Assembly: GCA_938091905.1 (NCBI GenBank)
Contig: CALKOM010000026.1
Location: 1 to 64,000, forward strand
DNA: 64,000 bases
DNA from: an uncultured Verrucomicrobiales bacterium
GTDB taxonomy: Bacteria; Verrucomicrobiota; Verrucomicrobiia; Verrucomicrobiales; DEV007
Direction of reading: 5' to 3'
Positions 9,605 through 19,353 of the stretch are shown here, in pieces; position 1 is the first letter of the stretch, and each line of letters starts with the position of its first letter. The notes below the pieces were generated by a model that saw only the letters and a list, made by a program, of their open reading frames with translations, was not told where the DNA came from and did no database searches. The translations under genes and the position numbers were made by a program.

Positions 9605-10651
9605 TTAGGAGTCGGATGAACCTGATTTCACGCAGCGAAAGCCGGTATGGTTCGTCGAGGTGATCATATCGGAGATCTGACGGGCACTAGGCCGGTAACC
9701 TTTGCAGTAGCAGTCGTTGCAGAGGAAGGAGCCGCCTCGGATCACTTTGTGCGGCGTGGTGGCAAGCTGAGGGCGGGTATCGGAGTTTTGGCGAAGGCGG
9801 CTCGTTGGATCGAGCACCTGGTCCTCGGTAGGACCGTCGGGTGCAAATTTCGGACTCTTCATGTAGTAGTCTGGATCGTACCAATCGGCGACGAACTCCC
9901 AGACGTTACCTGAGATATCGTAGAGACCGTAGCCGTTAGGCTTGAACGACTTTATCGGCGCGGTCTGCGCGAAGCCATCTTCATTGGTATTCTCATGGGG
10001 GAAATCGCCTTGCCAGAGATTGGCCTGGAGCTCGCCTTCAGGGGCAAAGTCGTCTCCCCAAGCGTAGGTCGTGTCCTTGAGGCCACCGCGAGCCGCATAT
10101 TCCCACTCGGCTTCGGTTGGAAGCCGCTTGCCTGCCCATTTGGCGTATGCTGCGGCATCGTCCCAGGAAATGCAGACCACTGGGTGATCATCCAGACCCT
10201 CGATCGAGCTATCGGGGCCTTGGGGGTGACGCCAATCCGCGCCCGGCACGAACTTCCACCAACGCATATGATCGGTGAGAGGTACAGGGCCGTCGGTTTT
10301 CTGAAAAATCAGGGATCCTGCCAAGAGGGCCTCGGGAGGAGCATTCGGATACTCTTCGGCACTAAAGGCTTTCTCTCCCTGCGTGATGTGGGCAGTGGCT
10401 TCGACGAACGCTCTGAACTCAGCGTTCGTGACCTCAGCATCGTCCATCCAAAAGCCTTTCATGCGGACCGCATGCACGGGTTGCTCATTCGGGAGTCCTT
10501 CTCTGGAACCCATCTCAAACTCCCCATCGGGAATCCAGACCATGTCTGTCGGCTTGTCGCCTTGCTTGGCGACGGCTCCATCCTCGACCGAAGCCTGGCG
10601 CTGGCAGGCAGCTAGGAGCAAGCAGGCGACGAGCATGAGGAGACAGTGCAT
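9605..10651 (-). CDS. formylglycine-generating enzyme (SUMF1/FGE) family lipoprotein
   Basis: Lipobox LLAAC; motifs RLPTEAEWEYAARGG, NGYGLYDISGNVWE, RGGSFLCNDCYCKGYRPSAR and GFRCV. Confidence 0.92.
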   Translation of the reverse strand: MHCLLMLVACLLLAACQRQASVEDGAVAKQGDKPTDMVWIPDGEFEMGSREGLPNEQPVHAVRMKGFWMDDAEVTNAEFRAFVEATAHITQGEKAFSAEEYPNAPPEALLAGSLIFQKTDGPVPLTDHMRWWKFVPGADWRHPQGPDSSIEGLDDHPVVCISWDDAAAYAKWAGKRLPTEAEWEYAARGGLKDTTYAWGDDFAPEGELQANLWQGDFPHENTNEDGFAQTAPIKSFKPNGYGLYDISGNVWEFVADWYDPDYYMKSPKFAPDGPTEDQVLDPTSRLRQNSDTRPQLATTPHKVIRGGSFLCNDCYCKGYRPSARQISDMITSTNHTGFRCVKSGSSDS

Positions 10652-10741
10652 GAGTGAACCTTGAGCGGCAGTGTGCTGGCGTGCAAGTCTGGGCTTCTCT
10701 GGGTTGACCAGCAATCGCAGCGCAGCGAAAGGAAACCCATC

Positions 10742-11527
10742 ATGACGCGCTTTCGCCCCTGCATCGACCTTCATCAAGGCCAGGTGAAACAGATCGTCGG
10801 GGGGACTCTTAATGACGACACAGGGTTAGCGGAGACGAACTTTGTCAGCGAGCAGCCACCAGCATTCTTTGCCAAGACTTATGCGGAGGACGGATTGACT
10901 GGTGGTCATGTGATCAAGTTAGGTCCAGGAAACGAAGAGGCTGCGCTAGAGGCTCTCCACGCCTATCCAAACGGGCTTCAGTTGGGAGGTGGTGTCTGTG
11001 TGGACAATGCGGCGGGCTTTCTCGAAGCAGGAGCGAGTCATGTCATTGTGACTTCAATGCTCTTTGACACGAATGGTAGGTTTCAGGAAGACTTGTTAGA
11101 TAAACTGATTACAGAGGTAGGAAAGGATCACGTTGTCTTGGATCTCAGTTGCCGCCGGACTGAGGATGGTTGGCAAGTGGCCATGAACCGTTGGCAAACG
11201 CTCACAGATCTCGCAGTAACCGCGAAGACACTCGAGCAGTTGTCAAGTTATGCGGCTGAGTTCTTGGTTCACGCTGCCGATGTTGAAGGCAAATGTGAGG
11301 GTGTGGATGAAGACTTGGTGCAGAAGTTGGGAGAATGGGCGACCTTACCCATGACGTACGCAGGTGGTGCACGATCCATGGCCGATCTGGCTTTGGTCGA
11401 TCAACTCAGTGGTGGAAACGTCGACCTAACGATCGGCAGCGCACTCGACCTCTTTGGAGGGGCCGGGGCGGCATATACTGATTGTGTCAGTTGGAACAAA
11501 AAGACCTTCCCAGTAACAGGGGGCTGA
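10742..11527 (+). CDS. hisA: ProFAR isomerase, eukaryote-type (His6-like) HisA
   Basis: FRPCIDLHQGQVKQIVGGTL, LDLSCR, EFLVHAADVEG and DLTIGSALDLFGG. Confidence 0.93.
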   Translation: MTRFRPCIDLHQGQVKQIVGGTLNDDTGLAETNFVSEQPPAFFAKTYAEDGLTGGHVIKLGPGNEEAALEALHAYPNGLQLGGGVCVDNAAGFLEAGASHVIVTSMLFDTNGRFQEDLLDKLITEVGKDHVVLDLSCRRTEDGWQVAMNRWQTLTDLAVTAKTLEQLSSYAAEFLVHAADVEGKCEGVDEDLVQKLGEWATLPMTYAGGARSMADLALVDQLSGGNVDLTIGSALDLFGGAGAAYTDCVSWNKKTFPVTGG

Positions 11528-11576
11528 TGTCCTAGTGTTCCTTCTCGGTAGAGATGCGGAGGCGTGAAGAGGCTGA

Positions 11577-14500
11577 TTACCGGGCGATACGAATCCGCAG
11601 AAAGCCTGGTCTGTCTTCCTCTGAAGTCAGCTCCCAAGTGCTGCGTGCGGTATCGCCCTCGACCGAGGTTTCTGGTGGTCCAAGATCGAGCGTTGTCCAT
11701 GTGACCAGATCAGTCGACTGTTCGACGCCTAGATCGTTAGCCAAGCTGGCGATATGCTGTTGGTGCAGTCGATAGGAAGTCGAGGAGACTGCTTCGATTT
11801 GCGGATGATAGCCGGAATCTGAATCATTCGGGTCGGAACCTAGCAAAGATTCAACGAGGTCGTTCAAGCCGTCATTGTCAGAATCCTTGCTCGCCGATGG
11901 CGTCGTGGCACTGCTGCCGTCGACGGTATGCGTTCCTGGAGAGCCGCCTTCTGCCGCTGAGAGTTTCCAAGCACTAGCGTCTTGAGCATCTGCTATGTTG
12001 GCCCAGACAAGGCTGTGACCTTGGCCGTCTGCTTCTGCAGGCCAGGATTCCCCGTCGTTGTAGTTCACATCGACAATGTCTTCGCCGGCTGAGTTCTCAA
12101 GTGTCACGCGTTCGCCATCATTGCTCAACTTACCTGTGTAGTGGCCGAGAATCAGGGCTTCATCAATGTCGCCATGACGATGTGCAAAGCCCTCACGATT
12201 CTTCACGAGGAGGACAGACTCCAAGGGCGCGAGAAGGCGTTCGTGTGGTGAGAGCGTATTGAAATCAAATTGAATACCACGGGAGAACTTTGCTCCGCTC
12301 AAGTCAATGGTTGATGCGCTGGTATTGGTGAGTTCGAGGTATTCGAAGACGCTGCTTGTCTTGAATCCGCTGAATTCTTCTAGCGGGGCGGGATCCGTTG
12401 GGTGATACATGATCTCTGACACGATTACATTCTCGAATGAGGCCACTTCATGATCTAGGAGGTAGGTACGGGAAGCTCGGGGTGACCATGTATCGCCGTC
12501 GCGTAATCGAGTCTGGATAGTCATGGTGCTATCGACGAGAATGGGACCTTCGTAGGCCTTGGCGACTGGATTGAGTTCCCCGCCTCTTATTCTCGGGTCA
12601 GAACCGTCGGTGGTGTAGTAGATGGTTTCCTGTGGATACTTGTCACGGTCGAAGAGGCCACCTTTGTGCGGAATGATTTCAATTTCAGTAGCACTAGTAA
12701 GAGCTCCTGGAGGAGTGCTAAGGTTGGGTGCACGGTAAATCTTGTTATCGACGACGATACTTTGGTCATCCATCCAATCCAGACGATCCAGGAACCATTC
12801 CTTGAGATAATCGATCTCGTCTTGCCAAGCGTCCACGCGTGTAGAGGCGGATGGGTTTGGCCATTGTCGGGTGCCTAGGAATGGGTATTTGCGGAAATGC
12901 CGAGCTACAGGATTTTGAACACTGTCGGGCTCGCGATTGCCGACGGGTTCGGTGTAACCGTCTAACAGTGTTTCTACGTGGCCGTCAATAGTCGCGAGTA
13001 CGGCTTCGTCTGATAGGAAACTGTGGCGCATATGCCAGTAACGATCCCAGTGGGCCAGGTGATACTCAGGATCCTTGTGCAGATCTGGATACCAGATCTG
13101 TCCATGGCCGTTCCGGTTGTCGTAGAGCCATCCATCCGTGCGATCACCGGTGGCGTAGTCGGCGTTGCCGAGCGAGATATTAAAATCCCAGAGTGGGCCG
13201 GCACGTAGCTTGCCGTTCCGGTCTTTGTGCCAATAGGTGCTGAAGACGTAGCCGTCGACCTGTCTCGTGAGTTCGACGAACCACTGGGCATCGATGAACG
13301 TGCTGACGTCGATGTACTTTCGATAGCCTTTCGTTGGGTGGTCGAAACTGTCACTCACCAATGCCTGCTCGAAACTGTTCAGATAGCCTTTGATGTAGTC
13401 GAGCTGTTGTGGGTTGAATCGATCCGGATCGAAACTCTGCAGTCTGGTGATATTCCTTACCGTGGTGCTCCAGTTGTTCTTGCCGCTGTCATCCTTGTCT
13501 TTTCGGATAATGTAGCCGCCGGTAATCTTGTTTGGGTCCGTGGTGTCGAAATTCAGATTCTCGATAGGGACGCGGTTGCGGCCCCGTTTGATCTTCTCCA
13601 TGAGCAGGTAGATGCCCTGATAGGCATCATACCCCAGAGCATCGCCGTCTCCGCTTTGAATAAACAGTTCACAGAACTCTGCTCGCATGGAAGTGCCGTC
13701 TGCACCGCGAAGTTTGCGCATCCAGTCGAAGATGAGCTTATTCCGCATGAGTGATTTCTCGCTCCACGGGCCATAGAGAGCCCAGTCAGAATCGGCGGGC
13801 ATTCCTAGTAAACTCACATCGTTGTCATCGCCATCCTCGTCTTGGATTTCTAATGCGTAGCTCTTCTGCCCGAAGCCAGCGGAACTTTCGCCACGCAGAT
13901 GCACGCCGCATGGACCAGCGTATTCCTGTTCCGTGGTGCCGAGAGTGGTGCGCTTGGTTTCACCATCGGGTGAGGTCACGCTGACAAAACAAGATTTGAA
14001 GTCGCGGCCGTTGTTGAGATTCTGACCCTGAGAATCAATGACGATGACGGGTAAATTTGATTCAAAGGCTTGGCCGGTTTCTGCAAACGAAGTCATGGAG
14101 TCGTCCATGACAACGAATCCCCGCGTCTTCAGTCGGCTAGATAGGTGCCCAGGAAGAGTTGCTTGGGCCGTGATGATTTGAGTTTTACTGATTGTGATAG
14201 GCCCGGTATAACTTGGAGTAAAGAGTGAGGGTGTTTGGCCATCGAGGGAATAGCGAATCTTGGCTTCTGGATGATTGGGAACCTCCATGACCAGCTCCAC
14301 ACTCCCATTGATGAGTCCTCCTTGGTGCGAGAATTGCACACCCGGAGTGAGTCCCATGGTGGAGGGCGAGGTGTTGTTCACCTCGTTTGGAGTGGCTGGA
14401 AAGAAATAGCCTTCTTTGCCGCTTCTGACACCGAAGGAGACATTCTTCCCCAGGGCAGGGTAGGTGAGGGCATGAGCGACCGTTTGATTAGGCTCTAACA

Positions 14501-14852
14501 AAGCCAGATAGCCACCGGAGTTTTCTAAGACAAAGTCTGCGTGAGGCCGGAAGGCCGCCGCAGCGCCTTGTCGATTCTTACCAGAGGCAAAGATCAACTG
14601 GACGGTATTGGGCTCCAGGACCAGATCACGAATTGTCCACGCTGTAGCTGCTGCCTCGCTTGTGGTGACTAGCCAGCCTTCGAGGTCTACCGCGCTGTCG
14701 CTTGTATTGTAGAGCTCGAACCAGTCTGGCTCGTCGGTGTCTTCGTCCTCGTACTTGGTATTCTCAGTAGCGATCTCCGATAGGAGGACTTGCCCATGCA
14801 TAATGGCAGGTCCGAGGATGAGAAGACATAGGAACGGAAAAAGGCGTTTCAT
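11577..14852 (-). CDS. secreted CotH-kinase-family protein with lamin-tail and chitobiase/FN3-associated domains
   Basis: Signal peptide; LTD motifs DWFELYN and SEIMYHP...EYLELTN; CotH motifs RGESS, GMPADSDW and GPLWDFN; YTTDGSDP; DSDNDGLND. Confidence 0.9.
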   Translation of the reverse strand: MKRLFPFLCLLILGPAIMHGQVLLSEIATENTKYEDEDTDEPDWFELYNTSDSAVDLEGWLVTTSEAAATAWTIRDLVLEPNTVQLIFASGKNRQGAAAAFRPHADFVLENSGGYLALLEPNQTVAHALTYPALGKNVSFGVRSGKEGYFFPATPNEVNNTSPSTMGLTPGVQFSHQGGLINGSVELVMEVPNHPEAKIRYSLDGQTPSLFTPSYTGPITISKTQIITAQATLPGHLSSRLKTRGFVVMDDSMTSFAETGQAFESNLPVIVIDSQGQNLNNGRDFKSCFVSVTSPDGETKRTTLGTTEQEYAGPCGVHLRGESSAGFGQKSYALEIQDEDGDDNDVSLLGMPADSDWALYGPWSEKSLMRNKLIFDWMRKLRGADGTSMRAEFCELFIQSGDGDALGYDAYQGIYLLMEKIKRGRNRVPIENLNFDTTDPNKITGGYIIRKDKDDSGKNNWSTTVRNITRLQSFDPDRFNPQQLDYIKGYLNSFEQALVSDSFDHPTKGYRKYIDVSTFIDAQWFVELTRQVDGYVFSTYWHKDRNGKLRAGPLWDFNISLGNADYATGDRTDGWLYDNRNGHGQIWYPDLHKDPEYHLAHWDRYWHMRHSFLSDEAVLATIDGHVETLLDGYTEPVGNREPDSVQNPVARHFRKYPFLGTRQWPNPSASTRVDAWQDEIDYLKEWFLDRLDWMDDQSIVVDNKIYRAPNLSTPPGALTSATEIEIIPHKGGLFDRDKYPQETIYYTTDGSDPRIRGGELNPVAKAYEGPILVDSTMTIQTRLRDGDTWSPRASRTYLLDHEVASFENVIVSEIMYHPTDPAPLEEFSGFKTSSVFEYLELTNTSASTIDLSGAKFSRGIQFDFNTLSPHERLLAPLESVLLVKNREGFAHRHGDIDEALILGHYTGKLSNDGERVTLENSAGEDIVDVNYNDGESWPAEADGQGHSLVWANIADAQDASAWKLSAAEGGSPGTHTVDGSSATTPSASKDSDNDGLNDLVESLLGSDPNDSDSGYHPQIEAVSSTSYRLHQQHIASLANDLGVEQSTDLVTWTTLDLGPPETSVEGDTARSTWELTSEEDRPGFLRIRIAR

Positions 14853-14913
14853 AGCAACGCCAATCTATTCAAGGCCGATCGAGGTTGTCGATCAGTGAAA
14901 TCATCTTGGCGCT

Positions 14914-15633
14914 CTACGATCGGCGGCGTCTCGCCAGGCTTGTTAGCCCAAGCAAGACGAGGAGTGCTGAACTCGGCTCGGGAATGACATTCGAGATGCC
15001 TGCCGTGTCATCGGTGCCAAGACCAAAGCCGCCGATGGCCCAATCACCATTTCCATCGGTTAACCGGAATGCATGGCCTGGAACAAAGTTTCCATCTGGT
15101 CCCACGGCAGCCCCTCCTAAACCATCCCAGTAGACGTGGTTGTCGCCATCAGCCAGGGGAATTCCATTTACAGTTTCCTGTAGGCTGAGGGCGTCAATTA
15201 CACCGCTCCAAGGGGTCACATCGAGGACACCATCGTTGTCGGTATCGAGATGGTCGCCATCCATACCGGTGAATCCTTCGACCAAAGCATACGTAACGTT
15301 GTCACTGTTTTCGAAATTGAGGTCTGTCGTGAAATCGGCCATCCCGACGCTAAAGCTTGCTTCGGCCACCAGGAAATAAGGGTCACTGGCGAAGGCATTG
15401 GTGATGCCCGCGAAGCTCGTCACATTCTCGATGATTCCGCTGTTCTCTCCAGTATCGCCGAGGACGATCAGGGTGAGACCGTCGACGGAATCTGAGCCTG
15501 GTGAATCCGAGAAGAGCTCGACGTATTCATCGTTGTCGGCACCAGGCATATCAAGTCGCAGCTCATTGAGGAAGATGGAGGCAGAGGCGATGGAGGCAGA
15601 GGCGAGGAGGCAAGAAGCGAGAAGCAGTTTCAT
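14914..15633 (-). CDS. PEP-CTERM sorting-domain protein (LTD-like N-terminus)
   Basis: Signal peptide; LNELRLD..DNDEYVEL; ends IPEPSSALLVLLGLTSLARRRRS. Confidence 0.92.
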   Translation of the reverse strand: MKLLLASCLLASASIASASIFLNELRLDMPGADNDEYVELFSDSPGSDSVDGLTLIVLGDTGENSGIIENVTSFAGITNAFASDPYFLVAEASFSVGMADFTTDLNFENSDNVTYALVEGFTGMDGDHLDTDNDGVLDVTPWSGVIDALSLQETVNGIPLADGDNHVYWDGLGGAAVGPDGNFVPGHAFRLTDGNGDWAIGGFGLGTDDTAGISNVIPEPSSALLVLLGLTSLARRRRS

Positions 15634-15786
15634 AGTTTTTGGAGAAGTAGCTCTTACTATCGAGGGTGCCAGATTCTGCTTTGGTGTAAAGCGACAAACA
15701 CGACACGGTGTACGCCAAGGTAAGACCTTTTAGACTTGCCAAGGGCGTTCCTGCTGTGAACGTTCAATTATTAGCTTTTCACAGAC

Positions 15787-16674
15787 ATGCTTTCGATTCG
15801 TCAACTGATCCTCATTCCTCTCCCTCTCTTCGTCACTTTACTCTCGTCGGCCCGCGCGCAGATAGAGGTGCGTTTAGAGGCAGAGAGTCGTACGTATGTC
15901 GCGAATTCCGCTGTGAATGTGAAAGTTCGTGTGATTAATCGCGCGGCCAAAGCGGTGACGTTGCGCGGGCCGAGCCCAGCGACTAGTTGGCTGAATTTCC
16001 GCATCACTAATAGCAAAGGCGACCTCGTCACGTCCCGTCCGGGAGCGCCGTCGGCGAAACCGCTCAACATTGGTGCTTCGAAGTCGGTGACGGTCAGGGT
16101 GAATCTTAACCAAGCCTATCCAGTGGATCGTTTCGGTAACTACCAAGTCACCGCAAATGTCTATGATCCGAGCGCTGATCGCTACCTGAGTTCCGCGCCG
16201 CAGATGGTGACCATCGATGAAGCAAAGGCGATTTGGCAGCGGACCGCTGGTCTCTCCGATGGAAGCAAGTATGAATACTCGCTGCTGGCACACCGTGGCC
16301 AAGATAAAACAGGTCTCTACTACAGGATGAAAGATGCCAATACGGGATACATCAAGAAGACCTACAGGCTCGGTGAAATGGTACGCTACCGCCCACCGCA
16401 GGCCGCGATTGACGCTCAACGTGAGCTTCACGTTCTCTACCTCGGAGCACCACGCCAATACATCTACGACCGAATTGGTTCCGATGGCAAATTCATCAAA
16501 CGCAAGCTGATTTCCGAAGAGAAAGGGAGTCGTCCTGATCTCCTCCAAGGCCGTGATGGTCATGTGCGCGTGGAAGGCGGTGTCGATCCTAAAGAGAAGG
16601 GCCGCGAAAAGCGCCGCCAACTCGAAGACCTCGCCCGCATTCGCCGGAGTTCTGCTCGTCCACCTGGCTTTTAG
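15787..16674 (+). CDS. exported hypothetical protein (Ig-like N-terminal domain)
   Basis: Signal peptide ending ARA-Q; beta-rich, basic 295-aa ORF. Confidence 0.75.
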   Translation: MLSIRQLILIPLPLFVTLLSSARAQIEVRLEAESRTYVANSAVNVKVRVINRAAKAVTLRGPSPATSWLNFRITNSKGDLVTSRPGAPSAKPLNIGASKSVTVRVNLNQAYPVDRFGNYQVTANVYDPSADRYLSSAPQMVTIDEAKAIWQRTAGLSDGSKYEYSLLAHRGQDKTGLYYRMKDANTGYIKKTYRLGEMVRYRPPQAAIDAQRELHVLYLGAPRQYIYDRIGSDGKFIKRKLISEEKGSRPDLLQGRDGHVRVEGGVDPKEKGREKRRQLEDLARIRRSSARPPGF

Positions 16675-17231
16675 TCTAAGGAGCGATGGATTTCACGAAG
16701 AAGGCTGCGCTATTAAGTTCCCGCCAGGAGGCGTAGGCTGCTTGAGAAATGAGAGAGAACGCTTGTCGTGGCTATTTTTCGATCTAGCGAAGTTAGAGAG
16801 AGCTGGGGAAGACGTTCGCTATTCGCAGGTCCAGTCGCTCAAAGCGCGGCGCTATCACTCAGACGTACCAGCTGCCTCAGACGAAAGTGAGGATATTATG
16901 AAGACCCCGACAGCCGTGGAGAAATGTTCCGCCATGGTGATCGGTGACATTATTTCAAAATACGACGTCGAGCGCTAGGGAATGTTTGGTTCCATGTTTA
17001 CGTAGCGAAATGTCATGGCAATCGGGCGTTTCAATGCCTGATCCCCTGGGTAAAACAGGGACGTTTAGCGACCGTCTAGGTCGAATGGGGGCCAGAGAAA
17101 GCACAGTGGTATCTCCATCTTGATGAGCCGTCGCTACGCGAGGGATGTGGTCAGTGCTCGCGTAAACTTTTGTGATGAGGGGCAATCGCTACCAACCGAC
17201 AACGTAAGACGGTTTAAGTGTCGTAGTTCGT

Positions 17232-19283
17232 CTATTCCGTGTCTTGACGTGAGCTGTCCGCATCGGGCAGGAGCTGGCCTACGATTTCCTCGATGCCCTC
17301 TTTGGCCAGGTCGCTCTTCATGTACATTTGCCGAGCCTTGAGATACCATCCGAGAGAGGAACCTAGTTGCCCGTTCTTTTTGTGCCTCGAAGCTTCTTCT
17401 ACCATCGACACAAAGCGTGCGGCTTTGACCGTGAGCTGGGAGTAGAGTTGGGCGTAGTCCGGGTCCTTGTTGTAAGAATCGGCCTCGGCATGGAGCGTCT
17501 CCCAAGCGGCTTCTGGACTGCCTGCATCGACAAGAGCCTTTGCCTTTTCAATACGCATCTCGAGGTCTTTGAGCCGGTCCCGCACGGACATCAGATCTTC
17601 CATTCGCTTGGGATCACTGGAAAGACCGACGGCAGCAGCGAAGCGGGCTTCGTCTTTCTGAATCGCCCGGTAGTTGCCCTCCGCAATTAGACGATCAAGG
17701 TCGTCGAGCGCTTGGCTTTGCATGTCGCTGCCTTTGAGAATAAGGTCTGACACTTTCTTGAGCTCTGGGTTCGTTGGGTAGAGCGCGTGAGCCTGTTCTA
17801 GGTGTTTCTGCATCTCATCGTCTTTCCCGCTACGAGCAGCAAGGAGGGCCCTCTTGAGAAGCATATCCGCTGTCATGGTTGTGGCATTGATGAGCCCTTC
17901 TGGCTTCGCGTAATCAAAGTCCTTCGCCAGGACCTTCATCTTATCGACGAGTTCCTTGGCTAAGTGATAGTTTTTTACGTCGATGGCGCTTAATAATTGG
18001 TTCGAGTGCCGAACGAACTCTAGCACCTTCGCCTTCTTCTCCATGCTGAGAGTTCGAATGCCGGGAAGGTATTCACCAACGGCGAAGGCCTCAGACAGCC
18101 GCTTGGTCGCTCCTTCGAGTTCGCCTTTGGCTACGAGGTGCTCGAAAGCTTGTATTCCTTCATCGACATCGCGTATGGCCTCATTGGCTAGGGCATCAAA
18201 CGTTGTCACCGTGGGGTTCATCCCTGAGGAGGCCTGGAAACTCTTGTAAATGGCAGACTCCTCATCGAATTTCATCGACGTATCACCATCTTTGAAGAGC
18301 TGGCGGTAAATGCGGGTGGCAATGACGACATGCTCAAACCGGCGCTGCATAAAATACTGCATGATGAGCCCTTGATACTCCAGCCTCTGCTGAATATCGC
18401 TCGCGGCCATGCCAATCTTGTTCTTGGCGGCCAAGGATTCCATTTCAGCCGCTTTTTTCAGGTAATACGCGGTGTAGGATGCCTGACTGAATTTGCTTTG
18501 AGCGCGGTCTTCCGGCGTTTCACCGCCGGTTTCATCTCCTTCGACACTGTTGCTCACAGAGTTGGTTTGCTCGTTAGAATTACGGTTGTCTTTCTGCGTG
18601 CGTCCAACGAGCTTTGAACGTTCGTCTAGCGGATTGGCTTCCGACGAGATCTTAGCATTCCATAACTGATTCTTTGCCTCCTTTTCTAACACTTTATTTG
18701 CGTTCTTCAGTGCATTGACATTGCGCCTCGCTAACCAAATCCCATAAATCGTATTGGAAAGAGATTCACAGAGACGGGCATCATGGTAGTAAGCCGCTGC
18801 AATTGGCAGAAGGCCTACCGCTTTAGAGAGGTTGCCTTTCCTCGCTTGGTGAGGCGATAGGGCGTCGAGAATTTCACGGAGCGTTTTACGGTAGGCGTCG
18901 TCTTCTTTCGAGCTTGCTGCAGGAGAGCTGAGATACTTCTCGAAACGAGCTCCGAACATCCTGTTGTTCACCACATTCCAAGTATTCCCATTCCAAGACA
19001 GTACCTCAGAACCAGGATCGAGGAAGGGCAGTTCCATGCCCATGAAAGAGGGGCCTGTTGACTTTACTGGCGCGCCTGCTGCCGGTGCAGAAGATGCGGC
19101 ATCTCCGGCTGGACCAGATGCGGCTGCCGCATCGGCTGGCGGTGTTTGCGTGACAGAGAGATCAGGTAATTTCGCGGCGTCTAGACCTCCCAGCGGGCCA
19201 GGGGACGGGGCTGAAGGATTCTGTCCAAAGCTAGCGGAGAGAGTGAGACCGAGCGCGAGGACTGGAAGTGGAAAGCGAGACAT
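17232..19283 (-). CDS. large exported alpha-helical (TPR-like) hypothetical protein
   Basis: 683-aa ORF with signal peptide, Pro/Ala linker and helical repeats. Confidence 0.8.
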   Translation of the reverse strand: MSRFPLPVLALGLTLSASFGQNPSAPSPGPLGGLDAAKLPDLSVTQTPPADAAAASGPAGDAASSAPAAGAPVKSTGPSFMGMELPFLDPGSEVLSWNGNTWNVVNNRMFGARFEKYLSSPAASSKEDDAYRKTLREILDALSPHQARKGNLSKAVGLLPIAAAYYHDARLCESLSNTIYGIWLARRNVNALKNANKVLEKEAKNQLWNAKISSEANPLDERSKLVGRTQKDNRNSNEQTNSVSNSVEGDETGGETPEDRAQSKFSQASYTAYYLKKAAEMESLAAKNKIGMAASDIQQRLEYQGLIMQYFMQRRFEHVVIATRIYRQLFKDGDTSMKFDEESAIYKSFQASSGMNPTVTTFDALANEAIRDVDEGIQAFEHLVAKGELEGATKRLSEAFAVGEYLPGIRTLSMEKKAKVLEFVRHSNQLLSAIDVKNYHLAKELVDKMKVLAKDFDYAKPEGLINATTMTADMLLKRALLAARSGKDDEMQKHLEQAHALYPTNPELKKVSDLILKGSDMQSQALDDLDRLIAEGNYRAIQKDEARFAAAVGLSSDPKRMEDLMSVRDRLKDLEMRIEKAKALVDAGSPEAAWETLHAEADSYNKDPDYAQLYSQLTVKAARFVSMVEEASRHKKNGQLGSSLGWYLKARQMYMKSDLAKEGIEEIVGQLLPDADSSRQDTE

Positions 19284-19353
19284 GGTGTGAGAAATCTTTA
19301 GCGTTTAAACTGACATCTATCCTCACTCGCTGCAAGTGTTCAGGATACCGAGA

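Noticed and set aside
10742..11527. Eukaryote-to-bacterium transfer of His6-type hisA
   Set aside because: This HisA subtype is already known from several bacterial lineages.
16675..17231. ORFs in the gap between two convergent hypothetical genes
   Set aside because: No recognisable motif, start context or RNA structure; left uncalled.
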